Positions 45,579 to 53,760 of a stretch of DNA of 63,823 nucleotides are shown here, piece by piece. The stretch's first letter is position 1, and the number at the start of each line of letters is the position of its first letter. The stretch lies in assembly GCA_035289425.1 (NCBI GenBank), contig DATDXC010000074.1, positions 1 to 63,823 on the forward strand, given 5' to 3'. The translations under genes and the position numbers were made by a program. Origin of the DNA: Candidatus Nanoarchaeia archaeon (GTDB lineage Archaea; Nanobdellota; Nanobdellia; Woesearchaeales; DATDXC01). The notes below the pieces were generated by a model, which ran no database searches, was not told the DNA's origin, and saw only the letters and a program-made list of their open reading frames with translations.

Positions 45579-45747
45579 ATCATGTTGTCTGAGAACCCAA
45601 CAACAATGATGGCTTCGGACGGTCTCACTTCGTTCGACCTGCTCGGCACCCCGTAAGTCTCCGAAATCGAAGATTTCTGAGATCTTCAAAATGCAGAGCA
45701 TTTTCGAGATGACAACCCCTGCCTCGCCCTCGCCATGTTGTTGGGTT
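45579..45747 (-). other. GC-rich structured intercistronic element between argF and argJ with alternative pairings
   Basis: Arms AACCCAACAACAATGATGGC (45594-45613) and GCCATGTTGTTGGGTT (45732-45747) pair as 12 bp, a 4-nt bulge, then 4 bp. The interior has hairpins at 45669-45687 and 45688-45704, enclosed by 45658-45663/45705-45709. A third segment, ATCATGTTGT (45579-45588), 5 nt from the argJ ATG, competes for the same arm (45600-45610). Confidence 0.5.
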
Positions 45748-46604
45748 TACTTCTTTTCCAACAGCGTGAGCATAAGCGCTTTCTGTGCATGCAACCTGTT
45801 CTCTGCCTGGTCAAAGACTATGCTTTGTTTGGAGTCAATGACCTCATCGGTAACCTCAAAGCCACGATAGGCTGGTAGGCAGTGCATGAACAATGCTTTT
45901 CCCAATAATTTTTTTGTAACCTGATATTTTTTGAAGATCTTGATGCGTTTGGCTTTTTCAGCTTCCTGGCCCATGGAAACCCAGGTGTCTGCATATACGA
46001 TGTCGGCACCTTCAGCAGCTTTTGCCGGATCTGTTGTCAGCACATCAGGTTTTTCCAATGGCTCAAATCCCTTAGGGCATGCAACCGATATCTTAATCCC
46101 CACTTTTTTACATCCGATGATCAATGAATTGCATACATTATTACCATCACCTATAAAGGCTAGCTTCAATCCTTTCAGCTTTCCAAATTTCTCCTTTATG
46201 GTCTGCAGATCTCCAAGGATCTGGCAGGGATGATATTTGTCGCAGAGGCCGTTGATGACAGGCACTTTTGAATTTGCTGCTATTTCCTTAACTGTATCAT
46301 GAGAGTATACGCGTGCCATGATAATATCACAGTAGCTGGCGATGCATTTGATCTCATCCTTGAGTTTCGCTTTTTTAAGCTGGGTAGTGGTCCAGTCCAG
46401 GAAGATCGCATGCCCTCCCAGTTGGGCCATGCCTGCTTCAAAGCTTGTTCTTGTTCTGGTGGATGTTTTTTCAAACAGCATTACTAAGATTTTATTTTTA
46501 AGGCGGCTATAGTATTTCTCTGGATTTTTCTTTAGTTTGATTGCTAAGTTTAAGATGTCCTCGATCCATTTTCCTGAAAACGGTTTTAGGTTTAATGCGT
46601 GCAT
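45747..46604 (-). CDS. argF: ornithine carbamoyltransferase
   Basis: STRTRTSFE carbamoyl-phosphate site and HCLPA. The TATA box lies about 26 nt upstream of the ATG (leaderless geometry). Confidence 0.9.
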   Translation of the reverse strand: MHALNLKPFSGKWIEDILNLAIKLKKNPEKYYSRLKNKILVMLFEKTSTRTRTSFEAGMAQLGGHAIFLDWTTTQLKKAKLKDEIKCIASYCDIIMARVYSHDTVKEIAANSKVPVINGLCDKYHPCQILGDLQTIKEKFGKLKGLKLAFIGDGNNVCNSLIIGCKKVGIKISVACPKGFEPLEKPDVLTTDPAKAAEGADIVYADTWVSMGQEAEKAKRIKIFKKYQVTKKLLGKALFMHCLPAYRGFEVTDEVIDSKQSIVFDQAENRLHAQKALMLTLLEKK

Positions 46605-46626
46605 ACAGTTAATCTTCCTTCATTTA

Positions 46627-46684
46627 TTTATAAACCTATTGACTTAAATGAGACTAGTTGGACAGAAATGTCCAGAATGGGACA
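46627..46684 (-). promoter_or_regulatory. arg promoter/operator (copy C)
   Basis: TTTATAAA 46627-46634; TATTGAC 46637-46643; a 16-nt spacer; palindrome GGACAGAAATGTCC 46660-46673; a 6-nt spacer; GGACA 46680-46684. Confidence 0.65.
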
Positions 46685-46753
46685 TATTTTGTTATTTTTC
46701 AACTTTTCACAAAAATAATACTATTTTTTCCACTACTTTATGATAGTAATCAA

Positions 46754-47281
46754 ATGGTAAGATTTAAAAATCGGAGGAGTTTTCCGTTCAGTATGAAGTT
46801 AAACAATATTGCCACACGATTATGGGGGTCGCCTTACGTAAGATACCAGACAGAGGCTCAATTTAATAGAAGGCAGGGCGGCCAACTTTCTCAAATTCCA
46901 GTTTCAGAATTGCTCGAGATTGCTCGAGGAGGACGAAGGGAACACCTTCAACTTGGGATACTTCCTGATGGGCAACTAATTGTCTCTTATGCTGGCGATC
47001 TTCCCGGTTTCATGAGAAAGACTTTTGAAGCGCTGGACCTTTATAGGGCAGATGGGCAGAATCCAGCAGTGCAAGCTTTTAGGGATATTGCGACAGCTTT
47101 AGAGCGGGGTAAGTCTTCAGATGTATATCTGGAAAAACGTTTGGCTGTCGCAACCGAAGAGCAGTTGGAGCCACTTTTGAGGTCAGTATCAACCCATTTT
47201 ATATCCCACGATGTGGAAACACCTAATTGGGATGAGCTTCCTGGTTTATATACGGAAAAAAAATCGCCTTTTGATCATTAG
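46754..47281 (+). CDS. hypothetical protein (divergent from argF)
   Basis: No motif recognised; Arg/Gly/Gln/Leu-rich. The alternative ATG at 46793 sits about 25 nt downstream of TTTAAAAAT (46763-46771), so a leaderless shorter form is plausible. Confidence 0.45.
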   Translation: MVRFKNRRSFPFSMKLNNIATRLWGSPYVRYQTEAQFNRRQGGQLSQIPVSELLEIARGGRREHLQLGILPDGQLIVSYAGDLPGFMRKTFEALDLYRADGQNPAVQAFRDIATALERGKSSDVYLEKRLAVATEEQLEPLLRSVSTHFISHDVETPNWDELPGLYTEKKSPFDH

Positions 47282-47315
47282 CTTTTTCTGACAAATATGT
47301 CCTATTTGAGGAATA

Positions 47316-48398
47316 ATGTCTAAAAAGAAACATTTAAATATATGTTATTCCAGTGAAATGCATGAGCGGTATGTTTTGAGAGTACCGAACTTAACAAAGC
47401 ATGCACGCTCCATCTCATGGGGGCCATGTGAGCATGGCCTACCATCTTACTATGCAAAAAGAACTAAACGATTTCATCGATGTTTCTTCGGTTGTGATCG
47501 ACCAATCGGTACTTATCAAGCTAAAATGAATGTGGGGGGCATTGTCAAACGGGCTTTTCCCGAATCGCGCATCGTTTCTATATATCGGATACCAAAGGGA
47601 AGTGTTAATCACACCTATGACATTACGATATCCAAACCAGATAAACAACTTATCTTAAGATTATTCCCCCAAGATGGTTGGAAGGCAGAGAAAGATAGGT
47701 TCATCTATAATTTGATCGCAAAAAAAACGGATGTGAAAGTTCCTGAAGTGTATGCATTGCGTGCTTCTCGGCCAGCGTACAGCCTCTTATCCAAGATCCC
47801 CGGCAGTGAGTTAGGGCATAGCGCATCTAAGCCGATTAAGGAAGCAGGAGCAATCTTGGCTAAGATTCATTCAATCAAATTCCCCAAATTCGGGTGGATA
47901 ATTGGCAGCACCATCAAGCCATCATTTGGCTCATGGCTTGAATTCTCAATCTATGATTTCAACCATAAGATCAGGAACTTACGGATGAAAGTCAGCAAAA
48001 AATTGCTGCAGGAAGCTCAGATGTATTTTAAGGAGCATCAGTCACTGCTTGATATAAGGACAAAGCCCTGCCTCATCCATAAGGACTTCCACAATTCCCA
48101 TATCTTAGTGGACCACGGCAGAGTGAGCGGTGTTATTGATGTTGAGTGGGCTATGTCAGGGCATAATGAGCTCGATTTAGCCAAATCATTATGGTGGATG
48201 TTTTCAGGAAACAGCAGGATGGAAGCAATATTCATGTCCGGATATTTACAGCATGGCAGGGTATCTGCAGATTTTCAGGAAAGGAGAAAGCTCTATGAGC
48301 TGATGATAGCCTTGAGCTCCTGCCTATTCTCCTATGAGCAGCGTAATTTCAAGTGGCTATCCCATAATCTAAAAAAAGTGAGGAGCATTGTAACATGA
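47316..48398 (+). CDS. aminoglycoside phosphotransferase (APH)/choline-kinase-like small-molecule kinase
   Basis: Catalytic loop LIHKDFHNSHILVD and GVIDVEWA. The Cys/His-rich 70-aa N-terminal extension may not be translated; an alternative ATG lies at 47526. Confidence 0.7.
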   Translation: MSKKKHLNICYSSEMHERYVLRVPNLTKHARSISWGPCEHGLPSYYAKRTKRFHRCFFGCDRPIGTYQAKMNVGGIVKRAFPESRIVSIYRIPKGSVNHTYDITISKPDKQLILRLFPQDGWKAEKDRFIYNLIAKKTDVKVPEVYALRASRPAYSLLSKIPGSELGHSASKPIKEAGAILAKIHSIKFPKFGWIIGSTIKPSFGSWLEFSIYDFNHKIRNLRMKVSKKLLQEAQMYFKEHQSLLDIRTKPCLIHKDFHNSHILVDHGRVSGVIDVEWAMSGHNELDLAKSLWWMFSGNSRMEAIFMSGYLQHGRVSADFQERRKLYELMIALSSCLFSYEQRNFKWLSHNLKKVRSIVT

Positions 48399-49027
48399 AC
48401 ATAACCAAACTGACTGAAGAGTATATCCAAAGCCACCCTAGCATAAAGGACGGCGTACAAAAAGGACTGATAAACTATTCTGCCTTAACAAGGCGCATTG
48501 CAGCAGAAATGTCCCTTAACCTTAAGGATAATTTTGATGCAATCCTCATTGCCTGCAGGCGCTATTATCAAAAGGTAAAGAAAGAAGCAGTATCGGAGAT
48601 GAAGATACTCGACATCCTCAGGGAGAGCAAGCTTGAAGTCAAGAATAAGGTGATAGTGGCCGTTGTTGAGAAGGATGTATACTTCAGCCACATTCTTGAA
48701 TTGCATAAGTCTGTCAAAAGCAAGGCAGAGCTCTTCCATGTGATTGAAGGAAGCAACAGCATTACGCTTATCACCACCGAGGAATTCACTGCTGATGTCA
48801 AGAAACTGTTCAAGAATAAGGTGATCAAGCTTACGAAAGCACTGGCAGAGATAACTTTGCGAAGCTCAACAGAGCTCGAGAATACACCTGGCGTGGTTGC
48901 CTATCTATTTTCCCTGTTTGCCAGCCATGGGATCAACATCATAGAAACTATGTCAACATATACTGACACATTATTTGTCATAGATGAGAAAGACATCGCT
49001 AAGGTTCTGGAGCTGCTTCACTTTTAG
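48395..49027 (+). CDS. HTH-like N-terminal domain + C-terminal ACT domain protein (putative amino-acid-responsive regulator)
   Basis: The C-terminus LAEITLRSSTELENTPGVVAYLFSLFASHGINIIETMSTYTDTLFVIDEKD is ACT-like. The N-terminus GLINYSALTRRIAAEM is HTH-like. The ATG overlaps the kinase stop. Confidence 0.55.
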   Translation: MNITKLTEEYIQSHPSIKDGVQKGLINYSALTRRIAAEMSLNLKDNFDAILIACRRYYQKVKKEAVSEMKILDILRESKLEVKNKVIVAVVEKDVYFSHILELHKSVKSKAELFHVIEGSNSITLITTEEFTADVKKLFKNKVIKLTKALAEITLRSSTELENTPGVVAYLFSLFASHGINIIETMSTYTDTLFVIDEKDIAKVLELLHF

Positions 49028-49029
49028 AA

Positions 49030-49635
49030 TCATTTAATTACACCCTGGCTTTCAAAGATATGGCCTAACTTATCCCGTTTCGCATCCAGGTATTTCCGTG
49101 AATGCTCTGTGGGTTTAATTATCAAGGGGACTCTTTCGGTAATCTTAAGATCGTATTTCTCCAATCCTGAGATCTTTGCGGGGTTGTTAGTGAGCACTCT
49201 CATTGAGCTGACTCCCAAGTCTGCAAGTATCTGGGCTCCGATTGTATAATCCCGGAGATCTGCTTTGAATCCAAGCTTTTCATTCGCTTCTACGGTATCA
49301 CAGCCCTCATCCTGCAAAGCGTATGCTTTTATCTTATTTATGAGGCCAATACCTCTTCCTTCCTGCCGGAGATACACCAAGATGCCTCCTTCTTTTCCGA
49401 TAGCTTTCAGGGCCGCATGGAGCTGTTCACCGCAATCACACCTGATAGAATGAAGCACATCTCCGGTGAAGCATTCAGAGTGCACTCTGACCAAGATATT
49501 TTTCTTGATCTCGCCCTTTACCAATGCTACATGATTGTTTTTTTCGGCGTCCTCATACATATACAACATGAAGTCGCCAAATTCTTTCGTTGGCAGCAGC
49601 GCTGAGGCTTTTTTTGCAATCATGTAGAGAATCAT
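49030..49635 (-). CDS. ribA: GTP cyclohydrolase II
   Basis: Zinc site [22 protein letters not shown] and [11 protein letters not shown]. Confidence 0.9.
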   Translation of the reverse strand: MILYMIAKKASALLPTKEFGDFMLYMYEDAEKNNHVALVKGEIKKNILVRVHSECFTGDVLHSIRCDCGEQLHAALKAIGKEGGILVYLRQEGRGIGLINKIKAYALQDEGCDTVEANEKLGFKADLRDYTIGAQILADLGVSSMRVLTNNPAKISGLEKYDLKITERVPLIIKPTEHSRKYLDAKRDKLGHIFESQGVIK

Positions 49636-49661
49636 TTAGAATACATTTAAAAAACTTGTGG

Positions 49662-49841
49662 CTATTCGTCTTCCTCGACAACTTCCTCAGGCTCATCAGA
49701 TTCAGCAGCATCATATCCTTCCATGAAGGCTTCTTCCTCTGCACTCATTGCGTCTCCCTCAACCAGGTCTGCCCTGTTTTCAGCCCCGTAGACAGACTCA
49801 TCCTGCATCTCATCCACTTCTTCCTCTTCATGTTCTGCCAT
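49662..49841 (-). CDS. small highly acidic protein (59 aa), not in ORF track
   Basis: Hand translation: MAEHEEEEVDEMQDESVYGAENRADLVEGDAMSAEEEAFMEGYDAAESDEPEEVVEEDE. A TTTAAATA box at 49864-49871 is about 26 nt upstream of the ATG (leaderless geometry). Confidence 0.5.
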   Translation of the reverse strand: MAEHEEEEVDEMQDESVYGAENRADLVEGDAMSAEEEAFMEGYDAAESDEPEEVVEEDE

Positions 49842-49926
49842 AAAAAAAATTTCAGATCAGTTGTTTAAATAGTTTGTGTTTTGCAGATAACAGAAAATGC
49901 ATTACTTATATTTTATATAATAAATT

Positions 49927-51096
49927 TTACCGTGTGCCCCAATTATTCTGATTTCTTATGGTAAAGAGGGCATGGAGGAAAACCCACCTGAAATATACCT
50001 CATCCAAAATCGAGAACAGGATCCGATAAGGGACTTCTTTTATATTTTTAACTATCATATCCAATGCGAACATGAGCGAAACTATCAAAATAATTCCAAA
50101 ATAGTACACCAGAATTACCGGATTTCTTACCGCAATGATCAAGATTGCAATTCTCACAATCGTCTGGAATAGCGCTATTAAGTGATTAGCCCACACATCC
50201 ACCACCAGCAGGGGTTTTTTCCTGATCTTTCTCCCTATTAATAAGGCTTCTCTGATGCTCCCTAATTTCCAGCGCAAAAACATTTTATATGCTTTCTGCA
50301 AAGTTTCCGGAACAACGGTGAAGGCAACCGCCTTTTCCGCATATACAATCTTTTTTCCAAATTCAGTTTGCAGGTAATGGGTGATGTACCTGTCATCTGA
50401 GAGTGTGCACTTTCTACCCATGAAAACCTGATCGGTATACCCTGGCATTAATTTCCATAATAATTCGGTCCGATAACAGGACAGCTGCCCGTTTGTCACC
50501 TGCATATAACCGACCTTTGATGGCGCTTTTCGCCATATATTTGAAGCAGACCAGTACATGGCAGCAATGGATTTGGTCAGAAGGCCTTTCTCCCTATTTG
50601 CCACTTTTATGCATGCCGTGACTCCACCTATAGATTCCTCATTCATGGGCTTCACTAACTCAGTGATTGAATTCCTCAGAAGCAGCGTGTCTGAGTCCAT
50701 AAATACTACAACATCAATATCTGGACTAATATTTTTCATCCCTTCAAATTGGGCCACCCGTTTACCCCTATTTTCCTTCAATTCCACAATTGTGTAATCT
50801 CCCCCATTATATCTATCAAGGATAGCTTTTGCATTATTGGTTGATCCATCATTAACATAAATCACTTCATGAATCCCTTCGGCAGCCTTAACTCTTTTGA
50901 TGGTTTGTTCTAAAATTGCCTCATCTTCGTTAAAAATAGGCACGATCATGGCAACTTTGCCATTGTAGGGAGCGTACACTACATCCTTAACTGCATAGAG
51001 CATAAAATAGTAAAAGAACCAGAGTGATTTTGCAAGGATAGCAAATACTATCAGGAATGTAAACCAGCCAACGCTGTCAAATATCATTTGAAACAC
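49927..51096 (-). CDS. membrane-integrated processive family-2 glycosyltransferase, hyaluronan/chitin-synthase-like
   Basis: VNDGSTNN, FMDSDT (DxD), LSDDRYITHYL (GDDR-x-LT-like) and FLRWKLGSIRE (QxxRW-like). TM helices at the N-terminus and across the C-terminal third. Confidence 0.8.
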   Translation of the reverse strand: MFQMIFDSVGWFTFLIVFAILAKSLWFFYYFMLYAVKDVVYAPYNGKVAMIVPIFNEDEAILEQTIKRVKAAEGIHEVIYVNDGSTNNAKAILDRYNGGDYTIVELKENRGKRVAQFEGMKNISPDIDVVVFMDSDTLLLRNSITELVKPMNEESIGGVTACIKVANREKGLLTKSIAAMYWSASNIWRKAPSKVGYMQVTNGQLSCYRTELLWKLMPGYTDQVFMGRKCTLSDDRYITHYLQTEFGKKIVYAEKAVAFTVVPETLQKAYKMFLRWKLGSIREALLIGRKIRKKPLLVVDVWANHLIALFQTIVRIAILIIAVRNPVILVYYFGIILIVSLMFALDMIVKNIKEVPYRILFSILDEVYFRWVFLHALFTIRNQNNWGTR

Positions 51097-51305
51097 ACCG
51101 CTTGGATGAACTTTATTTCTTCATTCAGCGCAACCATTTTTTCTTTGAGGACCTCGTCATCCGTCAAGTTAATCAATTCTTCCATCTGCATATTAATGCC
51201 AGAAGCTTGTTTATATCTCACATCAACGATATAATTGGATATGGAAATAGAAGATAGAATAAGAAAAAATAAAACAACTATTGCCACGCCGACGTACTTA
51301 TTCAT
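51084..51305 (-). CDS. small single-pass membrane protein
   Basis: MNKYVGVAIVVLFFLILSSISI TM helix followed by a charged helical tail. It overlaps both neighbouring genes (operon). Confidence 0.5.
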   Translation of the reverse strand: MNKYVGVAIVVLFFLILSSISISNYIVDVRYKQASGINMQMEELINLTDDEVLKEKMVALNEEIKFIQAVCFK

Positions 51306-51901
51306 TTTTCGATGAGCGCAATGTATGTCGGCTCTTCAATGGTAACCCCATAGACCCTGTTTTGACCATTGGAATAACTGAAATCAGGGTAAAACTCAAT
51401 CCATGTATTTCCCTCCCTCAAATACCAAGAATATTCCTTATCCAATTCCAGATAAATTACCAGACTGATACTTTCTGGCGTTATCACCTTCTGCAGCGAA
51501 CTGCTTTGTCCGTTTGCCGAAACTCGGATAAGCTTATCCGCTTCGATGTCAACGAGGTTCTGCGCATTTTTTCCCTTTAATGAATACACATCTACAAATC
51601 CCAACCTTACTTTATGGTTAAAATATATCGTATACCCCCTTACCACTGCATCCCGTAGGCACTGGGAAAATTCTCGGACTATGGTGTCATCCCTGATTAC
51701 AACCGAGTCTCCATTATCAACGCAATTAAAATCATAACTATCTCCGTCAGAAAACCTGCTGTGCTGGGCAATGTTTTGGTCACTGCCAGTCCTGCTTGAT
51801 ATATAGAATATCCCTCCGCCGCCAGCATACGCGAATGCTGCTATCGGAGTCATTGCTATCAAAAGAATTAAACTTACGATTAATATTTTCACTAGTCCCA
51901 C
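51302..51901 (-). CDS. secreted/anchored hypothetical protein (first gene of GT2 operon)
   Basis: Signal/anchor MGLVKILIVSLILLIAMTPIAAFAYA. No known domain recognised. Confidence 0.55.
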   Translation of the reverse strand: MGLVKILIVSLILLIAMTPIAAFAYAGGGGIFYISSRTGSDQNIAQHSRFSDGDSYDFNCVDNGDSVVIRDDTIVREFSQCLRDAVVRGYTIYFNHKVRLGFVDVYSLKGKNAQNLVDIEADKLIRVSANGQSSSLQKVITPESISLVIYLELDKEYSWYLREGNTWIEFYPDFSYSNGQNRVYGVTIEEPTYIALIEK

Positions 51902-52469
51902 CCCCTGTCAAAATTTCTAAAGTCCATATATTTAAGTTTATCGAGACTGCAATCTATATACTATTGGATCAATTGGGATACTATTTCATGGCTGTTCAAA
52001 AACTAAACTATTTTCACATCATAACAAAAAACTTTTTTATAATTTAGTGATATACACACCAAAGTGTATATATCTCATACTGTATTGCTGAGAATCTATT
52101 GCTGTTGATTTTCGGACAACACGCACTGATAAACGTTTAAACAGCTGTGCTACGTAAGACTAATCGGATAAACGTTAGTAACTCCGCCAGATTTTGTTAA
52201 ACAAAAACTCATCATATACGGACCCATACCTCCCATAGAACCAATCTGGCAAACTTGCTGTAATCGAATTTCTTTTTTAAAAAGTAGCTTTTTAACATAT
52301 ATACTCCAGAATATATCAAAAACAAAACATTTATATACTACTAGTATAGAGATATGTATACTAATTTACAAAAACCAGAGGTAGGGTTTGGCAGGCCTTG
52401 CGCATTAAGGGATCATAAAAAAAACTTTTGAGACCTACTAAACGCGCGAGCCGCTACCTCATTTTAAAA

Positions 52470-52727
52470 ATGGAAACAGAAACAAGGCAATTCATAGATA
52501 ATGTCGATGCATGGATCAAGCAGATTCGGTCAGAGTTCGGCCAAATAACTGATGTGTCTGCTATTGTTGAGGAGAATGTCGGTAATATCCAGCACAACTA
52601 TGAACTCATCCAGGAGCTTAGGGATGAAGTTGAGGGCCTTAAGAAAGAAGTAGGCGCATTAAAACTCCTTCAAATCGTACATTTAAAAGAAAAGATGCGT
52701 ACAAATATCACTTCTGGATCTCATTAA
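52470..52727 (+). CDS. small coiled-coil hypothetical protein
   Basis: METETRQFIDNVDAWIKQIRSEFGQ...LRDEVEGLKKEVGALK. The 3' end overlaps the convergent gene by 20 nt. Weak call. Confidence 0.3.
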   Translation: METETRQFIDNVDAWIKQIRSEFGQITDVSAIVEENVGNIQHNYELIQELRDEVEGLKKEVGALKLLQIVHLKEKMRTNITSGSH

Positions 52728-53028
52728 TTATCTTCTTGAGCACTGAATCAACTGCTATGAAGAGATTCCTTTCTGTAATCTCCGAAACATAGGGTTTTCC
52801 ATTGTCTATGCATTTAGCATGTATCTCATAGATTTCAGATGCTTCTGTCTTATGGACTGGCTTCATGATAACCGAAATGCTTTCAAATCTGCGGCAGATT
52901 TCTGTCAGCCTTTTAGTGTAGTTCCCTACAATCTTCTTGATCACAACCATCTGGGATGGATCCACTCCAGCAAATCCAGAAAAATTGATGCTGCCACCCA
53001 GCTCCAGAATATCCTCACTCTGTTCCAT
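52708..53028 (-). CDS. hypothetical protein, possibly HPF/RaiA (S30AE) ribosome-hibernation-factor-like
   Basis: 106 aa preceded by an AGGGGGTGGGA SD. The pattern ...SISVIMKP...YEIHAKCIDNGKPYVSEITERNLFIAVDSVLKKIINEIQK is loosely collinear with bacterial RaiA/HPF (...DMYAAID.LIDKL.RQL.K). Confidence 0.35.
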   Translation of the reverse strand: MEQSEDILELGGSINFSGFAGVDPSQMVVIKKIVGNYTKRLTEICRRFESISVIMKPVHKTEASEIYEIHAKCIDNGKPYVSEITERNLFIAVDSVLKKIINEIQK

Positions 53029-53112
53029 TTATCCCACCCCCTGACCTAACTATAATTGTATCACAGGTATAAAAATCTTATGTTGTATCTGTTTCAGGAT
53101 GGAATAATTTTG

Positions 53113-53673
53113 TTACGCATGCTTCAGCAGCCTGGCTACACTCTCTTGGCTTTTGGGATGAAAAGCATAGGGCATTGCACCTAAATCATGTTTTAGTATA
53201 GGCCCTCCGGCAGCATTATCTTCATCACCTCCCATCTTTGAAATAATCCTTCTGTCATGCACTATGCCAACATGTTCTGGAAGGCGTCTTCCAATGGCAT
53301 TGTAATAAGATTCGTATAACACGATGGTTGCCTCTTCAAGAGCATCCACTGGTTGGAGCTTCGCAATCCTCTGCCACGCCTGAGACCTCTGCCTCATACC
53401 TACCATATGCATCACAAATGCAAGACAATCCCCTGCCCTTGCAGGCCCATAGCCAATCTCAGATGGATCTATCACTTGTATGCCCAAATCTTCCAAATCC
53501 CTATAATCTCCTTGGTAAACTTCAAATGGGGCGATGTACCTTCTTCCATCAAACCTTTCAGGATGGGAAAGATCGCTTGCGATACACTTGGCGTATCTCT
53601 CCTGCACTTTCCTAACCACCAGCGGATCTAGTTTTATCATAGAAAATTCCCGGAGCAACTTATATATAAACAT
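53113..53673 (-). CDS. hypothetical protein
   Basis: No secure motif and an atypical Arg/Ala/Gly-rich composition. An alternative ATG lies at 53640. Confidence 0.4.
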   Translation of the reverse strand: MFIYKLLREFSMIKLDPLVVRKVQERYAKCIASDLSHPERFDGRRYIAPFEVYQGDYRDLEDLGIQVIDPSEIGYGPARAGDCLAFVMHMVGMRQRSQAWQRIAKLQPVDALEEATIVLYESYYNAIGRRLPEHVGIVHDRRIISKMGGDEDNAAGGPILKHDLGAMPYAFHPKSQESVARLLKHA

Positions 53674-53760
53674 TTCTATTTTGTTACTACTATAAAGTAA
53701 TTATTAATTGGCAATCTAAGGGGCTACATATTTATAAATAAGTTGAATTCCAATAAGACC

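Noticed and set aside
45686-45736. 16-codon uORF MARARQGLSSRKCSAF inside the argF-argJ element (3 Arg codons): a possible arginine attenuator peptide
   Set aside because: It is very short, has no SD or promoter geometry, and its AUG is buried in the closing helix. ORFs of this size are expected by chance. It is worth revisiting only if ribosome profiling shows occupancy.
45594-45747. Tested whether the argF-argJ element is a 5S rRNA, a tRNA or tRNA half, or a C/D-box sRNA (ATGATGG next to the closing stem; CTGA at about 45677)
   Set aside because: It lacks the conserved 5S loop sequences and shows no cloverleaf. The D-box-like CTGA is not adjacent to the 3' arm of the terminal stem, so no C/D kink-turn can form. 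At about 150 nt it is far longer than archaeal C/D sRNAs. It is left as an unclassified structured element.
51902-52469. Replication origin in the long AT-rich intergenic region
   Set aside because: There are no multiple ORB or mini-ORB-like repeats and no adjacent orc1/cdc6 gene. The repeats present are single hairpins and one 10-nt direct repeat.
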